Shown in pieces: positions 42,650 through 55,916 of a DNA stretch of 64,000 nt. The DNA is from Octopus bimaculoides (lineage: Eukaryota), in NCBI RefSeq assembly GCF_001194135.2, contig NC_068995.1:19449260-19513259 (forward strand), read 5' to 3'. The position numbers and the translations under genes were made by a program. The notes below the pieces were generated by a model. It saw only the letters and a program-made list of their open reading frames with translations, ran no database searches and was not told where the DNA came from. The stretch's first letter is position 1, and every line of letters starts with the position of its first letter.

Positions 42650-43560
42650 TCGGGATCTACATTAACTCCCACGCCAGAAATACTTACTGGGAGAATATGA
42701 CACTGCACCAAGACACATTTATTGTCATACCTAATGGTTACTAATCCTGTGCGTATTCTGCATGTAAGTGTGGAATTAATGCAATGTAAATCATATCAGA
42801 ACGTTGTTGTTAACGGTGATACCTTGTTTCCCATTTCGAGTATAATAATTGACTGGGTTAAGTTTTTTGATAAATATGTTACGAATGTTTTCTAACCAAG
42901 AACTCCGCATGATCTTAAGGGGACAGCCAGACTAAATACTATTCGGAATCAGTATCACCTTGTTGGAAATCTAACTGAGTATCAAAGAAGGACAAGAAAC
43001 CGAAAGGGCGACATCATGATTTTTTCTTTTTTTTAATTTTCAGGAAAATGGTCTAAACTTTTGGCAAATATGAACAAGAAGAAATATTTTAGAAAATTTC
43101 AACAAACCTTATCGAAACATAGTTCCAAAATAATAAATTTCTATTTCTGTAACTTCAGGTAATCTAGTAATTTATGCAGGAAAGAATAATCTAGGCAAAT
43201 TTAAAACGGCTGATATTCATGATCTGGTAGACCATCTTTATACTGTCCAATATTCATGAATTGGGATGGATCATACTTGGGATATAAATTGTATAGTTAT
43301 GATAAGTCAGAATACTGAGTAATTTCCATTACATCATGACTGAAAATCAGATGCAGTAAATTGGATTTCATTCAAAATCCGAAGAGAAAAAAAAATTGAC
43401 ATATCTCAGCTGATTTGCCTTAAAATTGGAGAAGCTGAATAAAAACAAATGTCTCACTTTCCTGTTTTCTTTGCGTATAACAACAGGGTATATTTTAGTT
43501 TGAAAGGTAAGAGATACTGTTTCAGAGTGAAGGGCGGAGTCCCATTCTTAATCGAATAAT
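42650..43560 (-). mobile_element. Decayed piggyBac-like (PGBD) transposase
   Basis: Ordered minus-strand motifs: LPFKLKYTLLLYAKKTGK* (about 43450-43510; cf. PFKG..LKQY..KP.KWG), FPEN..NH (about 43010-43055), IPNSI*SGCPLK (42914-42946; cf. R.NRL.GCPL), TGLVTIRYDNKCV (42712-42750; cf. VRW.DNK.V). Spacers are longer than expected and no TTAA/TIR was found. Confidence 0.6.
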
Positions 43561-44814
43561 TCACAGCTGCCGCAATCATACAATATCATATAACACAACA
43601 ACTAATGTAATTTTCCTGCAGATTTAACTTCAATTACTCTTCCACTGATGGTGTCAAGAATAGCGATATGGTGTGATTGAACACATCTCAAAAGCAAGAA
43701 CATGGAGAAAAGAAGCATACCGAACGATGTTTAGGGTCAGCACCTTAACAGAAGTAACATTCACTTCAGAATTTTTATCTGCAGTGATGTTTGTGTTTGA
43801 ACGATTCAATGATAGGACAATCATTTGGTATCACAAATACAACCAACTGAAAACTTACAGCCATTTTATTTGTTTATTTGCCACATAAGCAGGCACTTAT
43901 TCCTCACAAAGTATAATATAGCTACTGTCGGGCTGATCCTTGTCTACTCAATTAGAGTGGATATTTTTCTCCTTACACTTAATGTGATGTCGGAGTAAAA
44001 TTTTGCCATAATTTCACCCGCATTTGTTGAACGGGACAGAGTTTTTAAGGGGGAATATATTGCAAAATGTTACCGGTACATCTCACAGATTCCTATATGA
44101 GTCTTAAATCTCAATACCCCACTGTGTACTTGTATATACATAAAAACAATACGTCGTGTAAATTTACACAGAAAGTAACGCAACATAAATTACGAGAGTT
44201 GAGCTTACATTCAGACCTTGTTTCAAATCATAGAATGCTGTTTGTTTTAGATGTACAAAGACGAATTTTTCGTGGGACGGTTTAATGTATTCCTGAGTTA
44301 AAGTCTTACGAATTTTGTCAGTTAAGATATTTGTAATGAGTTTGACACCATATGCAAAATAATTTTTTAAAATAACACAACGCTTATTAAAGAACATTGA
44401 TTTGCGAGCAGGACAGAACATACCTGAAGTTTTTAATAAAAAAAAAATTTAAGACATAAAAAGCATCTCCATTATGGACATATCAACAAAGGGTAGTGCA
44501 ATTGTGCATCTCTCCATAATACTAACTTACATCGATTTCAGATTGTAATGATAACTTTTAGGGTTCTGTATTTCAACTCATATTATCCTCCTCCGTGAAA
44601 CGGAGAGCAGTTTCTGCGAAGCCTAAATTAGAAATCAAGTAACGGGACATTATTTCCATTAATTGTCGTCTAAATTTCATTGTTCAGCTATTATATACAC
44701 TTAAAATTTCATATTAATGATCGTATATTTCGGATTATCGAACTTCAATTTCATTCTTATTAATGATGTATTACATAGTAATTCTATCAAGTATCAAAGA
44801 AACTATTAAAGCAA

Positions 44815-45291
44815 AAGTGCTCTGATTGCCGAGAATAAAATCGGCAACAAATGATACAGGAACAGAACTCGTATAATCCCTGGGGTGCACTATATTAAAA
44901 TCGGATATCATTTGGCTGTCAAAAAATAGTAAGACTCGTTATATTGAATTAGAAAAAGTAAAACGATGGCATTGTCAAAGAAACTGTATTCATTGAGGAC
45001 AGAAATAATATCCTGAATAGCATGTATATTTATAAATGTAATAATAGGAGGAAGAAACTACACCCACTAAGAAAACGATTAATACTAGTTGAGCAGGAAG
45101 AGTATGAAAGGGAAATGTGCATCTTGAAAGATCAACTCCTATTATCCAAATGCAAATACTTGAAACATAGATATGCAGAGACGGTAGAGAAAATGGAAAG
45201 CGTTTCCTTAATAATAGGAGCATTGCAAAGAAGAATAGAGAAAAAGAGACAAATTGATAACCAGGATTCTAAGACTTTCATATATTCATAA
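44815..45291 (+). pseudogene. Possible decayed PHD-finger plus coiled-coil ORF (LINE ORF1-like)
   Basis: KCSDC at 44815; GCTI..; SKTRYIELEKVKRWHCQRNC (Y..L....W.C..C pattern); then an open purine-rich frame 44962-45291 rich in E/K/L/R. Several frameshifts are needed to join the parts. Confidence 0.35.
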
Positions 45292-45381
45292 ACTACAAAA
45301 AAATAATTCAAAGTTACTGCACTCATATTGCATAAAGTATGAATATATACAATGAAATATATACATATATACATACAAACA

Positions 45382-45454
<73 letters not shown>

Positions 45455-46349
45455 GAACATGCATATGTACGTATGTATCTCCGTGTGACGTGTGCATGCT
45501 TGTATGGATATGCATCTGCATATATAGATGGGTTATATGCATGGGTGGTGTGTGTGTATGTGTGTGTGCATCTGCAAGTATTTGTGTGTGTGTGTGTATG
45601 TCTCTCTGTGCGTGCGTGCGTGCGTGTGCATACATACTTGCACTGAAACATACGACATTCATATGGTGTATGTTTAACATGGTTGGTATATATGAAGCAT
45701 TAAAAAGCCATAAAAAATGTTGGAAATAAAAAAGAAAGATACAATAAAGAAACAAGGAATTTTCCACTTCGGGAAATTCTCATGTTAATAGAATATTGAA
45801 AGATTTCGAGGCGATTGTGGAAGATTTTTATACTTCATTTCAGGAGAGAATTCCTTGAAAACCGAAGATACATGTCTTGAATAGATGAATGCCTTGATGG
45901 TCAAAATGTACCTTCTAGGCTATTAACAGCCTGTAGAGACAGGCACCAATCAGGAATGTATCAAAGAAATATGATAAGGCCAGGTTATTAACCGTTTTCT
46001 TCGACCTCGTGTCTTTATACACGTTTTTGTTCTTTAGTTTTGCTGTGTGTTTGTATGTCTTATTTTTCTGTCTCTCACTCTTTTGCTCGCTTTCTCTCTC
46101 CCCCACCTCTCTCTCTCACTCTCACTGTGTCTCTCTCTTTCTCCCTCACTATTTCCTGCATTCGTTAATATTCCTTTAATGTCACGGCTTTTCTTTTGCA
46201 TAAAAAGACAATTCCCTGACACGCATAGTCAGCTGACATCAAAGAAAATTTCAAAGACATTGTATAGAATCGACCATAACAGAGCAAAGTCACTGAACGT
46301 GCCTCTCTCAATTCTTGTATTCTAAATAACTGTACATTGAAATACGTAC

Positions 46350-46433
<84 letters not shown>

Positions 46434-49036
46434 NNNNNNNNNNATATATATGTGTGTGTGTGTGTGAATATATATATGTATATGTATATATGTGTATGTA
46501 TGTGTGTGTATATATATATATATATATATACATATATATGTATAGGTATATGTATGTATACGTACATAAAAAAAGTGTTGGAGATAAATGGAGAAAGGAT
46601 GAAGTTAGAGAGAGAGAGAGAGAAAGAATGAGAGAAAGAGAAAAAGAAATATACATGATCGAATAGTGCTGAGACGTGATAGATGGAGGAAGCGTGTATG
46701 TGTGCGTGAGTGTTTGTATGTGTGTATGTATAAGTGTGTGTGTGTGTGTTGTGTGAATGGGGATGGGATCGAAGATAGACGGGATTCGAGGTTTTTCATT
46801 GTCCTATTGATAAATCGATGATGCAGACAGTGTCGGCGGAAGTTATTCATCACAAGGCAGACTAGTGTAACAAAGTAGGGAAGAGTGTCACGGGAGAAGG
46901 TGGCGTGTCATCATGATTTATGAAGCTAGCTTATTTCCACCAATGTTAAATCACTTAGAGGTAAAAGAAGAAGAAAACATACACAAAAATAATGACGATA
47001 AAAATAACAGTAAAAAAATACTAACCGGAATAGGAAATTGTTTATAATCCAAACATGTGTGGGTGTTCTTTTTTTCCCTTTTTTGTAAGAAATATTGTGT
47101 AATTCGTTTTAACAGAATAAAAGAACGACAATAATGAAGAGCGGAGTGTAACAGTATCGTGAATGAAGTAATACGATTTCAAATCCCAACGTTTTCGGGG
47201 TTTTGCAATGCACTGCACATTTTTACTAATCCCCATTAGTTTATGCGTAAGTAATGCATTTTCTAATCGGTATTATAAACGTTAAACTAAAGTAGTAATT
47301 AGAACGACCCCCATTTCCTCAGTCCTTCTTCTTATCACACTGAATATACATTACAATAACTATTCTCAGTTATTGTAACTGCATGGGACTATGTCAAATA
47401 CCAAAACGTTACCAGTATATTTGCAGTTCGCAAAGAATTTCGTGTCTGAGGTAAATTTCATAATGAATTCCTCAAATCAGGAACATCAACGTCTATGTAG
47501 TTCTGAGAATAATAGATCGAATGGGATTACTAGAGAGAAGAGAGGAGGTAAATTACAACAAAAAAATTGGGTAAGTCTGAATGAAGAATATAACATGGTT
47601 AGAATATAACTTAGTTATCAGTGAATCGCAATGTTTTTGTTGGGTTGCGTTGGACCGTTGGGAAATTTTTTCAGACGTGTCTTTAACGTGAACAGCTTGG
47701 TGACATTGAAGAGTTGAAGGAGTATTAGGAGTACTTAACAAAGTTGTTAGATACATTTAGAAACAAAAGAAGTAATTGCGAATCCAGTTAGGAAACGAAA
47801 TTGTTTTAATGCAGTGTAAAGAACAAGGGGGTCTTTTATTGTAGCCTTGAATGCGTTGCAGTGGTAAGTGCCAACCATCCAATTGTTAATGATCTAAAAC
47901 ATTAACTACAATTTATAGACTGCTTGCTTTGCCAGTTTCAGAAACAGCTACGTGTTTGGGGATTCTAAGTTATTTAGTTAGTTGGGGTTATAAGTTATTT
48001 ATCATATTGAGTTTTCTGAAAAAGTTACAAGAAGGATAACGGACAATACAGAGATGGATAATTTCAGTCATTAGCTGAAATATTTTAAATTCTTTTGTGC
48101 TATAAAACATATGTTGTAAAGGTTTTTCATTTCTTGTTTATCTTTCTTTTCAAAGACAAGCAGGAATGCCAACGAGTTGCTGCTAGCACTTATTAAAAAG
48201 CATCAAAAACGGAAAGTGCAAAAGCACGAAGGGCTGAAAATATTTACACTAAAATATACTACATGTTCGATAAGTCGTCACGAGGCAAGTTGCAGCATTT
48301 CACATTTGTCGAGCACTTAACGTAGTGATCAGCGAAACGAAAGATCAGCCGTCAGTTAATGATTCTGAGAAATTCAAATCCTGATTTGCGCTTGAATGAG
48401 ATAGAATTACGGTGGAAAGCTAACTTCATCAGCAGTTTATTTTGCCAATGGCAAAGTTGGCCGAGTTGACTAGAAGTACATCTCAGATCTGTTGGATAAC
48501 ATGAATACACTATCTTATTGTGATTTGAGGTACATATCTTATAGCTACATTATTTACAATCTTCTTTTCGCTCAGTTAAACTTCTTTATTTCGATAACTG
48601 CATTTCATTCGCACATTTCGCTGAAAATCCAAGCTTCACATATGTTGGATGTCAAATTCTTGGATACACCTAAGATTTAAGACTATTCGACTACTAGCGT
48701 TCGATAGCAGACGAGCTGTTGCGAGAAAGAACTGCCTATTCACTTACCAACGTGAATCTCTCATACTGATCGTTCATAACATTCTCTCGGAGAAAAATCG
48801 CTGTAGAAATGATTGACCACTTATCTTATTTGAAATACCAGATGTAGATGTGGGAGATATTTACATTGAGAAGAAATCGGCTGCAACCATCATAAGTCTG
48901 TTACCAATCGAAACGAATTTCATAGTGCAATGATATCAGTGCAAAGCTTGGGCTCTGGTGATGGATAAGAATAGCAAAGTTGTTTAATATGTCAATCACA
49001 GACAGCAATTTCAAGCTTATTGTTGGGGAGAGGGAG

Positions 49037-49087
<51 letters not shown>

Positions 49088-49899
49088 GAGATAGAGTTTA
49101 AAATGCAGCTTCTGCGCCAGCAGACACGGTGTATATAAAATTCAAGTGTAAAAAGACATCCTGTTATCCAGAGAGTCGTGATGTGAGAGAGATATCTCCA
49201 AAAGATAAAGTGATGCAATCACATCATTGAGGGTGGTTCAACAAATCTGGAAAATAAGAAAGAATATTTCTAGGAGAGAAACATATGCTACAAAGAGAGA
49301 TATCCTGCAGAGAGAGATATCCTGCATGTATATGTTATATATATATATATATTGTCTGTAACTTCAGATTTCAGTAGAATTAGTTTCGAGATATAAAACT
49401 GACACACATACATATATAAATCCATACATATAAACATACATACGTACACACATACAAGCATATATATATATTAGCAATTATACGCACAAATATATATATA
49501 TATATATATATATGCACATATATACNNNNNNNNNNTATATATATATATATATATACATAGTTTACTAATATGTTATTAGTAGGTTAAAGAAAAAAGTATT
49601 ATGAACAGTGAAAGATATAACTTAATTTACTCTATATCTAAATATGAGCTACTAATAGCTTCATGTTGTGGAAACACGATAATTCGGCATGTCTATATAT
49701 TATTAACGTGGCTTGTGTGTCCAAGCAATCCATCAGACTCGAGTATACAAAATAGCCGATCTTCTTTGAAAAACCAAGAAAGAACGCAGGTATCTGAGAA
49801 AACAAAAGAAAAAAAACTTTAGGAAAATGAATACAAAAGGCTGAATGAGAAAAAGTGGAATGAGAAAACGGTAACTGAAAACAAAAAGAAAGAAAATTA

Positions 49900-50480
49900 A
49901 GAAAATCACGACTTGCGACCCCTTTGTCTGGCAAATCCACAGTTAAAATAACAGGTGTACAATAATTCAACGAGGTCGTTGTCTGTGAGACAGCATGATC
50001 AATGCACAGAATGTGATGTCCTCCAGTTCGTCAAAAGAAATTTGTCCATGCACAAATTATCTGTGGTGGTGGGTATTCTTGGATCTAAACAGAATGAGAG
50101 ACCTTTCGGCTTCACATCACTTGCATTTCTTTGTTCCATTTACATATAACATGGATTCCTCCACTTGATTGTATGGGGTGCGCCGTTGGTCTTCAGATCC
50201 TATATATGTTAGTCAACATTGAAGACAAGGGATTTGCTTATCTTCTTTTACAATTACCTTCACCAAAAGAGAAGACTTTGACGTGTTACATTACTTTGGA
50301 GCATTGCTGTAACTTCAGCTTCAAAAGCAATTGCGTTTATCAAGAATGTCTGATCGAGTGGGCAAAATTCATGGTCACGAAAGGAACAACTAAGACTGGG
50401 CTCCTGATATGAATTGCGTGTGATGATGTCCTTCATATTGAGGCAGCTGATGAAAGAGATTTTTACCACACATCTATTGA
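49900..50480 (-). mobile_element. Decayed RTE-clade LINE, RT C-terminal region
   Basis: Minus strand: RNSYQEPSLS..HEFCPLDQTFLINAIAFEAEVTAML (cf. PY.EP.I...KFCYLGSTLS..ATID.EVNARI), YIGSE (cf. LYGSE), ELLY..NCG..RGR (cf. LLYGEL..G.R.RGRP). Many disruptions. Confidence 0.55.
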
Positions 50481-50565
50481 ATATATTCCTGCATTTATGG
50501 TTTATTGGGAAATACTTACCTAATAATGCGAAGAAATGTTTCACTATTTTAGTTTTAACATTGAT

Positions 50566-50829
50566 AGAGAAAGTGGGAATGAACCATGTTATTGACCTTG
50601 GTCGCTTTTATGTTGCATATCTTTCAATCGAAATGTTCCAAGATACATAATATCTGAAGTCGCTGTTAGCTTGGGCATTATTATGATAGGAGTGGGTGGT
50701 GTTTCAACAAATATTTCTTTAGGAGTGACAGATTAGATATTCAGTCACTAATGTTAGCATACTTTTAATTGATTAACTGTAAGATATAGACCCATGGATG
50801 TTGAATAGTTCTTGCTCGTCATGTAACAT

Positions 50830-50860
<31 letters not shown>

Positions 50861-50872
50861 CACACACACACA

Positions 50873-50921
<49 letters not shown>

Positions 50922-50923
50922 CA

Positions 50924-50954
<31 letters not shown>

Positions 50955-51385
50955 GACCTATAAGTGACGGAAACAGTTCTTGTATCAAATATTAGTATGC
51001 ACATCCAACTTGACTTGGAATCGCTGATTTAACGTCATAAAAACCAGCGTATCGTCTGAGAAATAATCTCGAGAAGATGACTTAAGCTTAAAAGCAACAA
51101 TTGCATAGGCCGAATTTCCTCACCACTGGTATTAGGACTTCTTTGTTAGGACGTTCTCTAAAAGAGAAAGTGGGAATGAACCATGCTATTGTCCTTGGAC
51201 TCCTTTTAGGTTACAAATCTTTCAATCTAAATCCGAAGTTGCTGCCAGCTTGGGCATATGGGGCTGTTTAAAGAAATATTTCTTCAAGGGAGAGAGATTG
51301 GATATTCAGTCACTAATGTTAGCATACTTTTAATTGATTAGCTGTAAGATATAGACCCACGGATATTAAATAGTTCTTGCTCGTC
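50566..51385. repeat. Direct duplication of a ~240-bp unit (50566-50820 and 51163-51385) around a microsatellite and a second repeat unit (50955-51150)
   Basis: Both copies have agagaaagtgggaatgaaccatg...gatattcagtcactaatgttagcatacttttaattgatta.ctgtaagatatagaccca.ggat.tt.aatagttcttgctcgtc. The middle unit recurs at 59513-59705. Confidence 0.8.
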
Positions 51386-51732
51386 GTCTGCCAGCCAAAT
51401 CTTACGATACCTAAATGACTGTGATTTCTAGGCACTGACGTCACAATTAAGCAGTGGGCTTCTTTTAAAGTATAAGTATTAGTGACGGAACCAGTATAAA
51501 ATCGCTCCACAATATAAAAGTGTCTTATGCAGTATAAAAGTGTCTTACGCATTCTATCCTACTTGACAGGTTCCGGCTCGACGCATATTGGCCGAATCTT
51601 ACAGTGTAAAGCATCACTATGACATTTCACGCATATTAACATAGATATTTGCGTCGCAGCATTATTAGAACCAAATCACCTGATCTAGTAGTTCAGGTAC
51701 CCATGCCAGATGATTCTCGGAAGCTAATAATC

Positions 51733-51775
<43 letters not shown>

Positions 51776-51779
51776 TATA

Positions 51780-51995
51780 CACTTACACTTTTAATTGTTT
51801 CAGTAATTTGACTGCGGCCATGCTGGAGCACCGCCATTTAGTCGAGCAAATCGACACCAGGACTTATTCTATCGATCTGGACCGCTAAGTTACGGGGACG
51901 TAAACACACCAACATCGGTTGTCAAGCGATTTGGGGGAACAAACAGACACATAGGCATACACACACGCATATGTATATATATACGACGGGCTTAT
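51780..51995 (-). mobile_element. SINE family A, 3' half
   Basis: gtttcagtaatttgactgcggccatgctggagcaccgcc...gtcgagcaaatcgac...taagttacggggacgtaaacacacc...tacgacgggctt. Confidence 0.85.
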
Positions 51996-52812
51996 ATGTA
52001 TGTATGTATGTATGTATGTATATATGTATGTTTGTTCGTATGTATCATTGATTTCTAGTCATGATTTGATAGGTTTCGGCGAGTATAGGCCCAGGTCATG
52101 TCTAACTGAATAGCACCACGTACCAAACTCATTCAAATCAGGAATCGGACAATGTACATGTTTGTGTGTCAGTGTGTGTGTGTTTGTGTATGTGTGTGTA
52201 ATATATACACGTAGATATAGATATAGATATACAAAGATATATATATATATATATATATAAACACACATATGTATATACATTTATAAAGGTACGTATGTAA
52301 TATATTTTTTGTGCATGGCCATATGTATGTATATATGTATGTGTGTGTGAGATGAGAATAAGAGGACAAAGAGAGAGAATAAAAGTGACTACAATTTTGG
52401 GAGGAGTTGGGTTATAGTGAGACTAAGTCAAGTAGGAGATATTGAGACAAATTGATTCATAGACAGATATGATAATTACGATAGGCAAGGAAAGAAATAT
52501 ATATATTAAAAAAATCAAAGTATAGATAGATGCATGGATGGATAGATGGATAAATGGATAGATACTAAAATGATAGACACGCAGAATTCAATTTTCATCT
52601 GACATCTGGTGAGGTTTGATAGATAGCTAAATATAAATATAGATACACAAAGATAAATTGATTGATTTATGATGGAAAGATTAAAATTTGTAGCTACAGT
52701 GTTGCATACATAGACCAGTGAACAGATATATACGTACACATGCATACATACATATAAATATATACATGTATATATATATATATATATGTGTGTATATACA
52801 TATGTGTGTATA

Positions 52813-52903
<91 letters not shown>

Positions 52904-52920
52904 GTGGGAGTGTCTGTGTT

Positions 52921-52961
<41 letters not shown>

Positions 52962-53389
52962 GTATATACAGTTGTATATATATATGTATACATTCATGTA
53001 TATATATACATGTATACGTGCAGACTGACACACGCACACATACTCCCGCGCACACCCTCATACACACACATATACGTATGTACATGCATACATACCTACA
53101 TAAATAGCAGTTACATACATATTCAAAGACAAAGCCAGGGAAAAGAGTGATTTAAAAAACAAGAACTAGATGACACATTGATTTATAGGTTGTTTAATAT
53201 ATAATGCAAATCATAATTTAGAGGCACACAGATATGAATTATTTACATTATAAGCATTATAAACTCACAAGCATACGCACGTATATAAAGGTGTACAGAC
53301 ATCACAGGCATCACATCACAGGAACACATATATATATACATATAAATCCAGGTGTGTTTGTGCATGTGTGTATGAGTGTGTGTGTGTGT

Positions 53390-53433
<44 letters not shown>

Positions 53434-54972
53434 GTTTATATGTATATACGTATCCATATTGACTGATTAGATATGTTCAGTTGTCTTTTTATGCGCAAGT
53501 CATATTTTCCAATGCATGTGTGACTTAACATTTGTATGTTATATGTTCATGTATTTATAGGTACGTATATATAGCCATGAGTTCGTGTATATACATATAT
53601 GTATACATATGTATATAGGTGTGCATAGTAAATATGTGTATAAGTATATACATAATAATAGGTATATATACATTCATATTTTCACATATCTATATATGTA
53701 TGTATTTCGCTCTCTCTCCATATATATATATATATATATATAAGAGAAAGAGAGAGAGAGAGAGAGAGTGAGATGTGTGTGCGCGTGCATGTGCGTGCGT
53801 GTGTGTGTCTCTGTGTGTGTATGTTTGTGCTTGTGATTATGTGAACTGAAAGAATGATAATAACTTTATGATGTGAAGGCAGGACGCACTGGTATGTTGT
53901 TTCATATAAGTAGTAATATGTTTTATGCGCGCGTATATGCGCACGTGCGCGTGAATTCAGTTCCATTAATCCTTGCAAAGGAGTGCTCGACATTATATAC
54001 ATATNNNNNNNNNNNNNNNNNNNNNNNNNNNNNNNNNNNNNNNNNNNNNNNNNNNNNNNNNNNNNNNNNNNNNNNNNNNNNNNNNNNNNNNNNNNNNNNN
54101 NNNNNNNNNNNNNNNNNNNNNNNNNNNNNNNNNNNNNNNNNNNNNNNNNNNNNNNNNNNNNNNNNNNNNNNNNNNNNNNNNNNNNNNNNNNNNNNNNNNN
54201 NNNNNNNNNNNNNNNNNNNNNNNNNNNNNNNNNNNNNNNNNNNNNNNNNNNNNNNNNNNNNNNNNNNNNNNNNNNNNNNNNNNNNNNNNNNNNNNNNNNN
54301 NNNNNNNNNNNNNNNNNNNNNNNNNNNNNNNNNNNNNNNNNNNNNNNNNNNNNNNNNNNNNNNNNNNNNNNNNNNNNNNNNNNNNNNNNNNNNNNNNNNN
54401 NNNNNNNNNNNNNNNNNNNNNNNNNNNNNNNNNNNNNNNNNNNNNNNNNNNNNNNNNNNNNNNNNNNNNNNNNNNNNNNNNNNNNNNNNNNNNNNNNNNN
54501 NNNNNNNNNNNNNNNNNNNNNNNNNNNNNNNNNNNNNNNNNNNNNNNNNNNNNNNNNNNNNNNNNNNNNNNNNNNNNNNNNNNNNNNNNNNNNNNNNNNN
54601 NNNNNNNNNNNNNNNNNNNNNNNNNNNNNNNNNNNNNNNNNNNNNNNNNNNNNNNNNNNNNNNNNNNNNNNNNNNNNNNNNNNNNNNNNNNNNNNNNNNN
54701 NNNNNNNNNNNNNNNNNNNNNNNNNNNNNNNNNNNNNNNNNNNNNNNNNNNNNNNNNNNNNNNNNNNNNNNNNNNNNNNNNNNNNNNNNNNNNNNNNNNN
54801 NNNNNNNNNNNNNNNNNNNNNNNNNNNNNNNNNNNNNNNNNNNNNNNNNNNNNNNNNNNNNNNNNNNNNNNNNNNNNNNNNNNNNNNNNNNNNNNNNNNN
54901 NNNNNNNNNNNNNNNNNNNNNNNNNNNNNNNNNNNNNNNNNNNNNNNNNNNNNNNNTATATATATACATACA

Positions 54973-55008
<36 letters not shown>

Positions 55009-55313
55009 TACGATACCTGTATATATATGTATGTATGTACACATACACACACATATCAATATACACTATTTCATGCACGCGCACGCACACGCACAAACAC
55101 GCACACAAACATATATCTGTATGCATGTCGATTATCTGTGCCTGATATTAATAATGTGCTCACATATTTTCCTCCATCGACCAGGCTGGCTTTTATTCTA
55201 ATCGTAGAATTGGAAAAACATCTATATTTAACAACGTATTTTATCTTTTGATCTCTTATAAGCGCCGCTGCACAACATTCATCTATTAACGATCTTCTGA
55301 TTGTCAGAAAAAA

Positions 55314-55588
55314 TTATGTGCTCGTGTATATGAATGAAATTTATATATATATATATATGTATGTATATGTGTGTGTCTGTATGCACCTGTTCGTATATAT
55401 ATAAGTGCGTGTGTGTGTGTAATGTTATGTATGTACGTATGTGTGTGTGTATGTATTATACTGCCAAATGTGCAGACTTCTATGTTTATATTAATGCATA
55501 GGCATCTGCATCGATTCATATATAAATATACATAGAAATGTGCGTGTATANNNNNNNNNNNNNNNNNNNNNNNNNNNNNNNNNNNNNN

Positions 55589-55634
<46 letters not shown>

Positions 55635-55916
55635 GTATGTATATGTTTGTGTCTGTATGCATCTGTTCGTATATATATAAGTTATGTGCTCGTGTATATG
55701 AATGAAATTTATATATATATATATGTATGTATATGTGTGTGTCTGTATGCACCTGTTCGTATATATATAAGTGCGTGTGTGTGTGTAATGTTATGTATGT
55801 ACGTATGTGTGTGTGTATGTATTATACTGCCAAATGTGCAGACTTCTATGTTTATATTAATGCATAGGCATCTGCATCGATTCATATATAAATATACATA
55901 GAAATGTGCGTGTATA
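55314..55916. other. Near-identical ~235-bp duplication on both sides of an N-gap (probable scaffolding artefact)
   Basis: 55314-55550 is repeated essentially base for base at 55682-55916, with the gap at 55551-55589 between them. Confidence 0.75.

Noticed and set aside
49132-49140. TATA box (TATATAAAA) downstream of a (GA)n tract
   Set aside because: No clear initiator or downstream exon, and such motifs are common by chance at this AT content.
49293-49326. 17-bp tandem duplication agagagatatcctgca(g/t)
   Set aside because: Simple slippage duplication with only two units.
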